From assembly GCF_039654945.1 (NCBI RefSeq), contig NW_027361676.1:5208001-5272000 (forward strand): DNA of 64,000 bases. The letters are read 5' to 3'. The translations under genes and the position numbers were made by a program. Below the pieces are notes generated by a model. That model saw only the letters and a program-made list of their open reading frames with translations. It did not search any database and was not told the DNA's origin. Positions within the stretch are counted from its first letter, which is position 1, and the number at the start of each line of letters is the position of its first letter. Origin of the DNA: Dendrobates tinctorius. Lineage: Eukaryota. Positions 48,981 through 61,586 of the stretch are shown here, piece by piece.

Positions 48981-50586
48981 CAGTGGGGAAAAAAAGTATT
49001 TAGTCAGTCAGCAATAGTGCAAGTTCCACCACTTAAAAAGATGAGAGGCGTCTGTAATTTACATCATAGGTAGACCTCAACTATGGGAGACAAACTGAGA
49101 AAAAAAAATCCAGAAAATCACATTGTCTGTTTTTTTTCCATTTTATTTGCATATTATGGTGGAAAATAAGTATTTGGTCAGAAACAAAATTTCATCTCAA
49201 TACTTTGTGATATATCCTTTGTTGGCAATGACAGAGGTCAAACGTTTTCTGTAAGTCTTCACAAGGTTGCCACACACTGTTGTTGGTATGTTGGCCCATT
49301 CCTCCATGCAGATCTCCTCTAGAGCAGTGATGTTTTTGACTTTTCGCTTGGCAACACGGACTTTCAACTCCCTCCAAAGGTTTTCTATAGGGTTGAGATC
49401 TGGAGACTGGCTAGGCCACTCCAGGACCTTGAAATGCTTCTTACGAAGCCACTCCTTCGTTGCCCTGGCGGTGTGCTTTGGATCATTGTCATGTTGAAAG
49501 ACCCAGCCACGTTTCATCTTCAATGCCCTTGCTGATGGAAGGAGGTTTGCACTCAAAATCTCACGATACATGGCCCCATTCATTCTTTCATGTACCCGGA
49601 TCAGTCGTCCTGGCCCCTTTGCAGAGAAACAGCCCCAAAGCATGATGTTTCCACCACCATGCTTTACAGTAGGTATGGTGTTTGATGGATGCAACTCAGT
49701 ATTCTTTTTCCTCCAAACACGACAAGTTGTGTTTCTACCAAACAGTTCCAGTTTGGTTTCATCAGACCATAGGACATTCTCCCAAAACTCCTCTGGATCA
49801 TCCAAATGCTCTCTAGCAAACTTCAGATGGGCCCGGACATGTACAGGCTTAAGCAGTGGGACACGTCTGGCACTGCAGGATCTGAGTCCATGGTGGCGTA
49901 GTGTGTTACTTATGGTAGGCCTTGTTACATTGGTCCCAGCTCTCTGCAGTTCATTCACTAGGTCCCCCCGCGTGGTACTGGGATTTTTGCTCACCGTTCT
50001 TGTGATCATTCTGACCCCACGGGGTGGGATTTTGCGTGGAGCACCAGATCGAGGGAGATTATCAGTGGTCTTGTATGTCTTCCATTTTCTAATTATTGCT
50101 CCCACAGTTGATTTCTTCACTCCAAGCTGGTTGGCTATTGCAGATTCAGTCTTCCCAGCCTGGTGCAGGGCTACAATTTTGTTTCTGGTGTCCTTTGACA
50201 GCTCTTTGGTCTTCACCATAGTGGAGTTTGGAGTCAGACTGTTTGAGGGTGTGCACAGGTGTCTTTTTATACTGATAACAAGTTTAAACAGGTGCCATTA
50301 CTACAGGTAATGAGTGGAGGAAAGAGGAGACTCTTAAAGAAGAAGTTACAGGTCTGTGAGAGCCAGAAATCTTGATTGCTTGTTTCTGACCAAATACTTA
50401 TTTTCCACCATAATATGCAAATAAAATGAAAAAAAAACAGACAATGTGATTTTCTGGATTTTTTTTTCTCAGTTTGTCTCCCATAGTTGAGGTCTACCTA
50501 TGATGTAAATTACAGACGCCTCTCATCTTTTTAAGTGGTGGAACTTGCACTATTGCTGACTGACTAAATACTTTTTTGCCCCACTG
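48981..50586 (-). mobile_element. Young, structurally intact Tc1 transposon
   Basis: TA TSD on both sides, 207-bp near-identical TIRs (48981-49187 / 50380-50586), intact transposase ORF. Confidence 0.97.
49197..50219 (-). CDS. Tc1-family DD34E transposase, 340 aa, intact
   Basis: Paired-like HTH, GAPRK linker, [23 protein letters not shown] with exactly 34 residues between the second D and E. Confidence 0.97.
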   Translation of the reverse strand: MVKTKELSKDTRNKIVALHQAGKTESAIANQLGVKKSTVGAIIRKWKTYKTTDNLPRSGAPRKIPPRGVRMITRTVSKNPSTTRGDLVNELQRAGTNVTRPTISNTLRHHGLRSCSARRVPLLKPVHVRAHLKFAREHLDDPEEFWENVLWSDETKLELFGRNTTCRVWRKKNTELHPSNTIPTVKHGGGNIMLWGCFSAKGPGRLIRVHERMNGAMYREILSANLLPSARALKMKRGWVFQHDNDPKHTARATKEWLRKKHFKVLEWPSQSPDLNPIENLWRELKVRVAKRKVKNITALEEICMEEWANIPTTVCGNLVKTYRKRLTSVIANKGYITKY

Positions 50587-50789
50587 TATATAAATTTATT
50601 TGCATGTTGCAGTGAGAAATAAATATTTGATCCCTTACCAACCATTAAGAATTCTGGCACCTATAGATCAGTTAGATGCTCCTAATCAACTCTTTACCTG
50701 CATTAAAGACAGCTGCCTTACATAGTCACCTTTATAAATGACTCCTATACACAGACTCAATTAATCAGTCAGACGGTAACCTCTACAAC

Positions 50790-51738
50790 ATGGGCAAGAC
50801 CAAAGAGTTTCATAAGGATGTCAAGGACAAGATCATAGACCTGCACAAAGCTGAAATGGGCTAAAAAACCATAAGTAAAATGCTGTGTGAGAAGGAGACA
50901 ACTGTTGGTGCAATCGTAAGAAAATGGAAGAAATACAAAATGACTGTCAATTGACATCGATCTGGGGTATCATGAAAAATCTCACCTCGTGGGGTATTCT
51001 TGATCATGCAAAAGGTGAGACATCAGCCTATAACTACACTGGGGGAACTTATTAATGATCTCAAGGCAGCTGGGACCACAGTCACCAAGAAAACCATTGG
51101 TAACACATTATGCCGTAAACGTTTAAAATCCTGCAGTGCCCGCAAGGTCCCCCTGCTCAGGAAGGCACATGTGCAGGCCCATCTGAAGTTTACCAATGAA
51201 TACCTGGATGATTCTGTGAGTGATTAGGAGAAGGTGCAGTGGTCAGATGAGACAAAAATTGAGCTCTTTGGCTTTAACTCAACTCGCTGTGTTTGGAGGA
51301 AGAGAAATGACCCAAATAACACCATCCCCACTATCAAGCATGAAGGTGCAAACATTATGTTTTCGGGAGTGTTTCTCCATTAAGGGAACAGGACTACTTC
51401 ACCGCTTAAATGGAAGAATGAATGGAGCCATGTGCATAAAATCCTGAGTGACAACCTCCTTCCCTCCACCAGGACATTAGAAATGGGTCATGGTTGGGTC
51501 TTACAGCAAGATAACAATGATCCAAAGCATGCAACCAAGGCAACAAAGGAGTGGCTAAAAAAGAAGCACATTAAGGTCATGGAGTGGCCTAGCCAGTCTC
51601 CAGACCTTAATACCATAGAAAACTTATGGAGGAAGTTGAAGCTCTGAGTTGCCAAAGCGACAGCCTCAAAATCTTATCAACTACAAAAAACGTCTGACTA
51701 CTATGCTTGCCAACAAGGGTTTTGCCATCAAGTATTAA
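50790..51738 (+). pseudogene. Tc1 transposase pseudogene
   Basis: MGKTKEF..., [30 protein letters not shown] with stops and frameshifts. Confidence 0.9.
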
Positions 51739-54700
51739 CCCCTTTCTGTCATGTGACGTACTATCCCGTCCATGTGCCCTGGGACTTAATTCCCAGGGGC
51801 GGGATAGTACGTCACAGCAATCAACGGCGCCCACATTGTGAGCGCTGCTGATCGCGGCCGGGTGTCAGCTGATTATCACAGTTGACACCCGGCACAATGT
51901 GTCAGGGGTGGTCACGGACCACCCCCAACACATTAACTCCTTGCATGCCGCGATCAAACACGATCGCGGTGTACCGGGGGTTAAAGAGAAGCATCGGCAG
52001 GGAGGGGGCTCCCTCCGTGCCTCCCTGAGCCCCACACAGCAGCGCAATGTGCAGCGCTGCTGCGGGGATCTCCGTCCCTGCAGGTCCCCGAATCCAAGAT
52101 GGCGACAAGGACCTTCGGGGGCCTGCAGGGAGCTGGCTTCCTCAGTGCCTGCAAAGCACAGGCATGAGGAAAGCCTGTGCAGTGCCTGTGACAGATCGCT
52201 GCATGTGATCTGATCTGTCACATGACAGCTATGTCCCCCCTGAGACAATGTAATAAAGTTAAAAAAAAAAAAGGTGTAAAAATAATTTTAAAAAAAATCG
52301 CTAAATAAATTAAAAAAAAAAATATTCCCTAATAAATTCATTTTTTGGAAATAAAAAAAAAACAATAAAAGTACACATATTTGGTATCGCAGTGTGTGTA
52401 ACGACCCGCCCTATAAAACTGTCCCACTAGTTAACCCCTTTAGCGACCCCCTTAAGTGCAATAACGCGCGATCAAAAAGACGCATATAAATATCCATGGT
52501 ACCGCTGAAAACGTCACCTTGTCCCGCAAAAAACGAGCTGCCATACAGCATCATCAGCAAAAAAATAAAAAAGTTATAGCTCGCAGAATAAAGCGATGCA
52601 AAAATAATTATTTTTTATATAAAATTGTTTTCATTGCATAAAAGCGCCAAAACATAAAAAACAACCTAAATGAGGTATCGCTGTAACCGTACTGACCCGA
52701 AGAATAAAAGCGCTTTATCAATTTTACCGCAGGCGTAACGGTGTAAACGCACCCCCCACAAGAAATTCATGAAACGCTGGTTTCTGCTTATTTTGCGTCC
52801 CACAAATTGGAATAAAAAGCTATCAAAAAGATGTCACGTGCCCGAAAATGATACCAATAAAAACATCAACTCGTCCCGCAAAAAATAAGACCTCACATGA
52901 CTCGGTGGGTCAAAATGTGAAAAAATTATAGCTCTCAATATGTGGTGATGCAAAAACTATTTTTACAATAAAAAGCGTCTTTTAGCGTATGACAGCTGCC
53001 AAAAATAAAAACCCGCTATAAATAGTAAATCAAACCCCCCGTTATCACCCCCTTAGCTAGGGAAAATAATAAAATTAAAAGAAAATGTATTTATTTCCAT
53101 TTTCCCATTAGGGTTAGGGCTAGGGCTAGGGTTAGGGATAGGGTTAGGGCTAGGGTTAGGGCTGGGATTAGAGTTAGGGGTGTGTTGGGGTTAGGGTTGG
53201 AGTTATAATTGGGGGTTTTCCACTGTTTGGGCACATCAGGTGCTCTCCAAACGCAACATGGCATCTGATCTCAATTCCAGCCAACTCTGCGTTGAAAAAG
53301 TCAAATGGCGCTCCTTCCCTTCCAAGCTCTGCCATGCGCCCAAACAGTGTTTTACCCCCACATATGGGGTATCAACCTACTCAGGACAAATTGGACAACA
53401 ACTTTTGGGGTCCAATTTCTCCTGGTACCCTTGGGAAAATAAAAAAATTGGTGACTAAAAGATCATGTTTGTGGAAAAAATAAGATTTTTTTATTTTCAC
53501 GCCCGGGCGTTATAAACTTCTGTGAAGCACTGGGGAGGGGGTTCAAAGTGCTCACCACACATCTAGATAAGTTCCTTGGGGGGTCTAGTTTCCAAAATGG
53601 TGTCATTTGTGGGGGGTTTCCACTGTTTAGGTACATCAGGGTCTTTCCAAACGCGACATGGTGTCCGATTTCAATTCGAGCCAAAAACGTCAAATGGCGC
53701 TGCTTCCCTTCCGAGCTCTGCCATGCGTCCAAATAGTCGTTTACACCCACATATGGGGTATCAGCGTACTCAGGACAGATTGCACAATAACTTTTAGGGT
53801 CCTGTTACCCTTGGAAAAATAAAAATTGGGGGTGAAAAGATCATTTTTGTGGAAAAAAATATGATTTTTTAATTGTACCGCTGTACGTTATAAACTTCTG
53901 TGAAGCCCTTGTGGGCTCAAAGTTCTCACCACATATCTAGACAAGTTCCTTGGGGGGTCTAGTTTCCAAAATGGGGTCACTTGTGGCGGGTTTCCACTGT
54001 TTAGGTACATCAGGGGCTCTCCAAACGTGACATGACGTCCGATCTGAATTCCAGCCACTTTTGCATTGAAAAAGTCAAACGGCGCTCCTTCCCTTCTGAA
54101 CTCTGCCATGCGCCGAAACAGTGGTTCCCCCCCACATATCAGGTATCAGCGTACTCAAGAAAAACTGCACAATAAGTTTTACAGTCCAATTTCTCCTGTT
54201 ACCCTTGGTAAAATAAAAAAATTGAATCTGAAATATTTTTTTGTGAAAAAAAGTAAAATGTTCATTTTTTTTAAATATTCAAAAAATTCCTGTGACGCAC
54301 CTGAAGGGTTAATAAACTTCTTGAATGTGGTTTTGAGCACCTTGAGGGGTGCAGTTTTTAGAATGGTGTCACTTTTGGGTATTTTCTATCATATAGACCC
54401 CTCAAAGTGGCTTCAAATGTGATGTGGTCCATAAAAATAAAATGGTGTTGCAAAAATGAGAAATCGCTGGTCAACTTTTAACCCTTATAACTTCCTAACA
54501 AAAAAAATTTTGGTTCCAAAATTGTGCTGATGTAAAGTAAACATGTGGGAAATGTTACTTATTAAGTTTTTTGTGTGCCGTATCTCTGTGATTTAAGGGC
54601 ATAAAAATTCAAAGTTGGAAAATTGCGAAATTTTAAAATTTTTTGCCAAATTTCTGTTTTTTTCACAATAAACGCAAGTTATTTGAATGATATTTTACCA

Positions 54701-54856
54701 CTAACATGAAGTACAATATGTCACGAGAAAACTTTGTCAGAATCACCAGGATCCATGGAATCGTTTCAGACTTATTACCTCTTAAAGGGACAGTGGTCAG
54801 TATTGTAAAAATTGGCCTGGTCATGAGCGTGCAAACCACCCTTGGGGGTTAAGGGG
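51739..54856 (+). mobile_element. Complete 3.1-kb non-autonomous piggyBac-like element
   Basis: TTAA TSD (51735-51738 / 54857-54860), CCCCTT...AAGGGG ends, about 395-bp internal repeats, no transposase. Confidence 0.88.
53108..53200 (+). repeat. Telomere-like (TTAGGG/CTAGGG)n tract inside the transposon
   Basis: Direct reading of the sequence. Confidence 0.9.
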
Positions 54857-55214
54857 TTAAATCTTGTATGCCAGAGCGATCAAATACTTATTTCTGATGC
54901 AGGACTAAGATACAAAATGTGCGTCAAGGTGTGTGTTGCACTTGCAATCACCACCCACCAGGTTATCAAAGAATTTCTTTCCTACGCTCCTACCAAGCTG
55001 CAGTGACTCTGTTTCTCTGGACACAGCACGGCTCCATTGTTCCCACTTACTGGTCTGGGTCTTCACCCAGCTACCTTACCAAAATGCTTTATACAAACAT
55101 ATATGTACAATTGATGATCAAATATCAACCTTTCTGGCTTTATAGGTTTTGGTTCTGGGCCCCATATCTATTGTATGGAATAAATACTTACATAGTGGCA
55201 GTGATATAGCAAAA

Positions 55215-57192
55215 TCTTAACTCCAATTTTGCCCTTCTTCCCTTCTGAGCTTTGCATTGTGCCTCAAATGTAGTTTTCAACCAAATATAGGGTTACCAAG
55301 TACTCAGGAGAAATTGCACAATAAATTGTATGGTGCAATTTCTCCTGTTACCCTTATGAAAATACAAAATTTGGGGCTAGAAAACATTTTTGTGGGAAAA
55401 AATTTGATTTTTTTATTTTCACGACTGAATATTAAAAACTTCTGAGAAGCACTTCGGGATTCAAGGTGCTCACCTCACACATCTAGATAAGTTTTCTGAT
55501 GGGCCTAGTTTCTAAAATGGTGCCACTTGTGAGGTGTTTCCACTGTTTAAGCACATCAGGGGCTCTCCAAACGTGACATGGCATCCGCTAATTATTCCAG
55601 CAAATTTTGCTTTGAGAAAGGTGTCACTTGTGAGGTGTTTCAACTGTATAGGCACATCAAAAAGTCAAAGGGACTCCTCTTCCAAGCCCTGCTGTGTGCC
55701 CAAACATTAGTTTTCCTTCACATATTGGGTATCAGTGAACTCAGGAGAAATAGTATGACAAATTGTATGGTGCAATTTCTCCTGTTACCTGGGGGTGCAA
55801 GGTGCTCATGGCACATCTAGATACATTCTTTGAGGGGTCTAGTTTCCAAAATGGGGTAACTTGTGCGGGGGTTTCCACTGTTTACGCCAGGGCCGGACTG
55901 CCCATCTGGCAATTCAGGCAAATGCCAGAAGGGCCTGTCTGGTCGTAGCCTTGTCTACTACGTTGTTAACTGAATCGGTGTTCTCAAGACACCCATACTG
56001 TTAACAGTTGTGCCGGAGCACAAAGTCACTGACGCCGTCACTTATCCCAGCAGGGGACAGGTATCATTAGAAATATTGGTCTTGTAGTAAATCTTGCTTT
56101 CCTCTATCCAGGGTAATATTAGTAAAATATCCCCATCTGGTGTTTGGAGATGGGGACAACATGGGCCTGTGTGATTGCAAATGCTTGGGCTGAATTTTAA
56201 CCCCTGTCCGCACCTGGTTTAGGCCCATCAGCTAATTACTCCATTAAATTTTGCATTCAAAATGTCAAATGGTTCTCCTTCCCTTCCTTGCCCTGCCATG
56301 CTCCCAAACAGTGGTTTTCCCCAACATATGGGGTATTGACATCCTCAGGAGAAATTGAGCAACACATTTTGGGGTTCATTTTTTCCTGTTACCCTTGTGA
56401 AAATAAAAAAAAATGGGTCTGAAATTAAATTTTTGAGAAAAAAAAAGTTAAAATGTTCATTTTTCCTTTTGGCTTTTATCCTAAGTCATATTACAAGACT
56501 CGTTAAAGGGTTGTTTGTGACTTGTAGGATCGCTACTACCAACAGGTGGCGCTATAGAGTTCAAGTCCTCTTTTTCTCTGAAGAGGCAATGTGCACATTT
56601 TTCCTTCCACATTCTAAAGATTCCTGTGAAGCGTATGAAGGGTTAATAAACTTCTTGAATGTGGTTTTGAGCATTTTGAAGGGTGCAGTCTTTAGAATGG
56701 TGTCACTTTGGGTATTTTCTGTCATATAGACCCATCAAAGTTACTTCAAATGTAATGTGGTCCCTAAAAAATGGTTTTGTAAATTTTCTTGAAAAAATTT
56801 GAAATACCTGTTTAACTTTTAACCCTTCTAACTTCCTAACAAAAAGAAATTATGTTTCAAAAATGGTGCTGATGTAAATTAGACATGTGGGAAATGTTAT
56901 TTATGAACTATTTTGTGACTTAATTCTCTGATTTAGGGGCATAAAAATTAAAAGTTTGAAAATTGCAAAATTTTCCAAATTTTCACCAAATTTCAGTTTT
57001 TTTCAAGAAATAATTGCAAGTCATATTGAAGAATTTGTTACCACTACCACGAAGTACAATATGTCTAAAAAAAATAATGTCAGAATCAGTGGGATCTGTT
57101 GAAGCATTCCAGAAATATTACCTCATAAAATAACCCTGGTCTGAATTGTAAAATTTGGCCTGGTCATGAAGGTGAAATCAGGCTAGGGGTCT
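55215..57192 (+). mobile_element. Decayed 3' half of the same piggyBac-like family
   Basis: Homologous to 53300-54856. Confidence 0.75.
55888..56216. mobile_element. hAT MITE
   Basis: TIR CAGGGCCGGAC / GTCCGCACCTG, 8-bp TSD GTTTACGC / GTTTAGGC. Confidence 0.8.
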
Positions 57193-57204
57193 GAAAAGTC
57201 TTAA

Positions 57205-58221
57205 GGTAAGCTGTTAGCAAGGTTTAATGGCGTTTAAGAAAATTCACTGTAAAGGAGAATAAAATCTCTCCTGCCATTCTCCATCTTTCTGTGCCCACAT
57301 CCGGTCTGTCATGGTATAGGACATGGTTAATGTCCTGCTCTCTCATTGTTATCTTTTTCTGGCCTCCCTTTGGATCTGGGAGGGGTATTTATACTCACTC
57401 CAGACTTGGATTCCCTGTCAGCTATACTGTTGTTCTGTGTCTGACCCCCTGGTGTGCGTGTATACGGCATTGCTTGATTGCCTCCCATGTATGACCTGGT
57501 CTGTCCGCTCACTCTGTTCTCTGTCTCATGTTTTGGTACTATTGACTTCTTCGGTTCTGACCTCCTGGCTTGGCTATTGTTACTCCACTACAGTTTGTCC
57601 CTATTGTACCGCACTGCTCGTTCTGGCTTTTTCACCTCTGGCTTCCCTTCTGACAATGCCCTGTCTTACCCCGTTGGTACCTCGTGATCTCCTGGTTCTG
57701 ATATTAGCTTGTTTTGACTACTCTCCTGTGTTTATCGTCTCCTCTGCACCCCTGTGTCTGGCTCCACCCCTGACCACCTCCTACTCTGTCACATGGTTCA
57801 GGTCCTGTTTGTATTTGGTGAGTTCCCTGCCGCTCTGCTCTCAGCTCCCCTGCTGCTGTGTGCAGCTCTCTCCGCAGCAGTAATACCCGGGAGTCGTGAC
57901 ATGGTCATTGATTGAGGTAGACTCAGGGAATGAATTGGCATGTGCTAGATCTCAGGCAGGGGATGTACCAAACTAAGATAAGGGTAACCTGTCAGTCAAT
58001 GATTAGAGGCGGGCAGTAAATGAGGAAAAGAGGCAGGAGAGATCTAAGTGCTGAGTCAGCCCCTCTGCACTTGCAGCTGTTTGGCATAAAAATTGTGCTA
58101 AGCATTTCTAACTGACGGGAAAGCACTTTTCTACAACAAAAATTGGAATTTAATCTCCTTTACAGTGACTTTGCTTATATGTCATTAGTTTGGGTTAGAA
58201 AAACATGCTGACAGTTTCCCT
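57205..58221. mobile_element. Kolobok/T2-type MITE with nested LTR
   Basis: TTAA flanks, TIR GGTAAGCTGTTAGCA / TGCTGACAGTTTCCCT, subterminal CACTGTAAAGGAGA / TCTCCTTTACAGTG. Confidence 0.75.
57307..57901 (+). mobile_element. Solo LTR
   Basis: TGTCATG...CGTGACA termini, TSD CGGTC/TGGTC. Confidence 0.8.
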
Positions 58222-58313
58222 TTAAATCTTTCCAAGGAATATTATGTCCAAACCAGATATAAAGCTATGCTTACATCCAAATCGAGTAATTCTGGTTGTG
58301 CCATTTTACTCAC

Positions 58314-58395
58314 CTGCCACAGCTTCCTCACCGCTCCTTGGCTGTGACATATTCCCCCCAGCATCAGGCTGCAGCCAGTTTGCGAAATTCTCCAT
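58314..58395 (-). CDS. Candidate host-gene first coding exon (MENFANWLQPDAGGNMSQPRSGEEAVA, phase-1 donor), gene unidentified
   Basis: Non-repetitive-looking GC-richer patch, Kozak AAGATGG, strong donor CAG|GTGAGT at 58313, in-frame stop upstream. No homology recognised. Confidence 0.35.
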
Positions 58396-58723
58396 CTTTG
58401 GCCATCATTGATGGTTTTAGTATCCATGTTTTCTAAGTTACAGCACATATTCTAGCACATGCTAATGACATTTTTTGTTTTTAGGTATTACGTAGTGGTG
58501 GTTATTGCTATTTCTGATTGAATACTGCTAAAATAAGATCACTTATTTTTGATTTGCTTTCTAGGCTTTTTCTGCAGCAAATCTGCAAGCATCTGCAGAA
58601 AAGTCAGCAGTAGTGGATTCTCAGAAAATCACAGAGATTTCGCTGTAGATATCCCTGCAGACTAATAGTGTATGCGAAAAAAGGGGTTCACCTCTGTAGG
58701 TCATTCTCCCATACCAATGTATC

Positions 58724-59330
58724 TGTCATAAGGAGGAGCCAGAGGACCGCAGCATCTGATTTCTCCTACTCCTGTGCTGTTTAGAAGCACTTCACCTTCA
58801 TATTAAACAATGAAAGTTTGCAGGGGTTAATTAGCTCAGTTGAGAGCTTTTGGAAGACTTCCTGCATTAAGGCTCTCAGCTGTTCACTGTTGGCCACTCC
58901 GCTCTCTTATATATACTGGGCCCTGGCAATCACTCATTGCCAGAGCTCATGCTGCATCGTTAGGAGATGGTGGTTTGTTGTTGTTATTTGAGAAGGTGTT
59001 TGATGGATTTATCTGTCATTGTTGTTAGGTTTTCATTGTGTGCTAATTCCCTTCCTTCTCCTACATTGATTTTACTACATCTTCCACTCCCTTGTGGTTA
59101 CCTCTGTTGTTCGTGTGAGTATACTTGTATGAGTGGTATTTTCCTTTATCCCTGTTTGTATTACCTTGTTAGTCTGGTTGGTTTATTATGGTACACTACT
59201 ACTAACCTCTTCCCAAGGTGGGGGAAGGGTACAGACTTAGGGTGGATTCAGGAACTAAGGCAAGATATGTGGCCCCGGCGTCCTCACTATCAGAAGTAAT
59301 CCAGGGAACAGGGAACCTGCTTAGGGCCTT
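58724..59330 (+). mobile_element. Truncated solo LTR
   Basis: TGTCAT start, TATA at about 58908, similarity to LTRs at 5608 and 38032, no 3' CA end found. Confidence 0.6.
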
Positions 59331-59379
59331 TTGGTATCTGCAATGCACCCATAGTTTATGACATTATTTTTAATTAAAT

Positions 59380-59752
59380 ATTTTACCTCCAGGAAAATTG
59401 CCCCTGGGACAAGATTTCGGGACAAGATCTCGTTACTGAGAGCTCAATATGAGCACGCAGTGGCCATTTTTCCGGAGGCCACCGCATCAAAGCAATGGAT
59501 GTGCGGGGCCTCCGGGCTTTCACAAGATGCCGGTGCATCCCCCGCACCACAGAGCACCGCTGAACCTGCTGCACCAGCCTGGGAAGGGAGTGTGATAATC
59601 GCCCTGCAGCGTCAGACAGGGAGCGCCGCAGAATTGCCCCACTCCTGCTGCCGCCACACTAGTTATAAGTATATTTTGACTATAAGACGCACCCCCATTT
59701 CCCCAAAAAATTTTTGGGGAAAAAAGTGCGTCTTATAGTCTGAAAAATATGG
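59380..59752. mobile_element. pogo/Tc2-like MITE end
   Basis: GACTATAAGACGCAC / GTGCGTCTTATAGTC hairpin followed by terminal GAAAAATATGG-TA. Confidence 0.55.
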
Positions 59753-60829
59753 TATTTGAAGACTTGTTTTTCTTTAATTCTAACCTTCCACCACTTTGTA
59801 ACCTTTCACTTTGAAGTGGATTCTTCCTTTGTTGTGGCTAGAACCATTTTATCTAAATAAATGAAAATGTGAAAACGGTATCCATGCACTTTTTTCCTCT
59901 GAAAAATTCATTCAATTCATTCCAACAGAAAGAAACTATTGTTTGATCACAAAGCATTAGCTGTTAGACTTTCTTTGAAAGTAGTACCGTAACCAAATTT
60001 CATGTCACCACATTTACAAATCACTTAAACTTGGAATATCTCCAAACTGGCCACAAATTGAACCTTTGTCAATTTTATGGTGCACTTTTTTTCTGATTTG
60101 ACGTTAGGATTGCCTAGTGTCTCTCTGAGTACAACCGTAGATCTGATGCTTTACACAAATCTTTTGACTTTGCTTATCCTTATTTTGATGGCCCACCTCA
60201 CACCATCAACTTTATTTGCCTTCTGGCTGCAATAAAACAACCTCATTATAGCCTCTTAATTAAAATAGACTGACTTGCTACTGTCTATCTCCTTTTTGAT
60301 GTTCTGGCTGTGGTCACTCTTCTTTACTCTCTGAACATCCTAATGTCTAAAACACTTTTTGACTGGTATGACTAGTTGCCCTTGACCATTCCATAAGAAT
60401 CATAGCCTAAGGTTTTGATGGATTTTATATCCATTTTGCCTTTTGATCAAGCTTTCAGCTCATTTTCCAAAATGGTATGCACTAATCTTCCATGTTTGCC
60501 CTGTTCTCCACAGCTTTCCTGGATTTTTTAATAGAAATTTTCATGGCTATTAAATTAGACCACCGAGTGCTATATTTTTAGATAATTGCTCTAATTAGGG
60601 AAGTTATTGTTACTCAGTTTTTCCAGCTTCCAACATCTCCTCATCATGGTCAAGTTGCTAGTCAACTTCCAACTCTTTCCTTCTCAATCCATTCTGAACT
60701 CCATTCCAGATCTTCGAGGTTACAGAATAGATTTTCCAGCACTTCTTGATGATATGCTAGCTCATCAGTCTAAATACTAGAAAAGAGCGTTGAAAGTGTA
60801 CTGTAGTATACAATTTGGCTCCAATACAA

Positions 60830-61340
60830 TACAAATCCTGTTCATTTTCAAGGTGTGACCTCCATGGATCTTTTTTTTTTCTATCACATCTTGTTATTGC
60901 TCAATTGGATTGAGGTCTGGGAATTTGGAGACCAGGGTAACACTTTGAACACTTTTGTCATATTTCTCAGACCATTCCTGAAGATTTTTTTGTAGTAAGA
61001 CAGGTTATATTATCCTGTTGAAAGAGGCCCCTGCCATTAGGGAATACCGTTGTCATGAATGGTATACTTAGTCTGTAGCAAGGTTTAAGGAGGTGATACA
61101 TGTCAAAGTAACATCCATATGAATTATATCAAGGTTCCTCAACAGAATATTACCCAGAACATCAAACTGCCTTTTTAGTGCCTTTCATTTCCTTGCTAAT
61201 GGATACATATGCACCAGGCCTGATACTTTATCATAACAGGCCTTCTTACATTGCTCCATAGTCCAGCTCTTTTCGCTGTGGACATGGGTTAACAATGAGT
61301 TTTCTAACTGATCTATGGCTTACCACCATACACAGAAAAG
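60830..61340 (-). pseudogene. Decayed Tc1 transposase
   Basis: Minus-strand LFQQDN...[12 protein letters not shown]. Confidence 0.7.
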
Positions 61341-61586
61341 TGTTGTATATATTGGGACCAATTAATCAAAGCTTTCACATCTGAATTCATACATAAAATC
61401 TTTTAAAAATAACAAAATTTGTAGTTGTGCCAAAATTTTGCAGCTTTTGGAGTTTCCATGCCAGGGCGTGGTGACTGATGTTCGAGTGGGAGTTGGACTA
61501 GGATTTGTAGTGAGGTGCAGACAGAGATGTACGCCTCTCTTCCAATGATCTTTATTCATGAAGCATAACATGAATCAGAAGTGTTA

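Larger units (their letters stand above)
48825..54895 (+). mobile_element. Older Tc1 hosting a young Tc1 and a piggyBac-like element
   Basis: TA-CAGTGGGGGAAATAAGT start. The TIR resumes at 50587; GATCAAATACTTATTTC remnant at about 54878-54894. Confidence 0.8.

Noticed and set aside
49570-50310. 246-aa plus-strand ORF
   Set aside because: Antisense shadow of the Tc1 transposase, no recognisable domain.
53108-53200. True telomere or chromosome-fusion scar
   Set aside because: Short, degenerate, and at a fixed position inside a transposon.
57323-57883. 186-aa hydrophobic ORF
   Set aside because: Lies wholly within a CT-rich solo LTR; compositional artefact.
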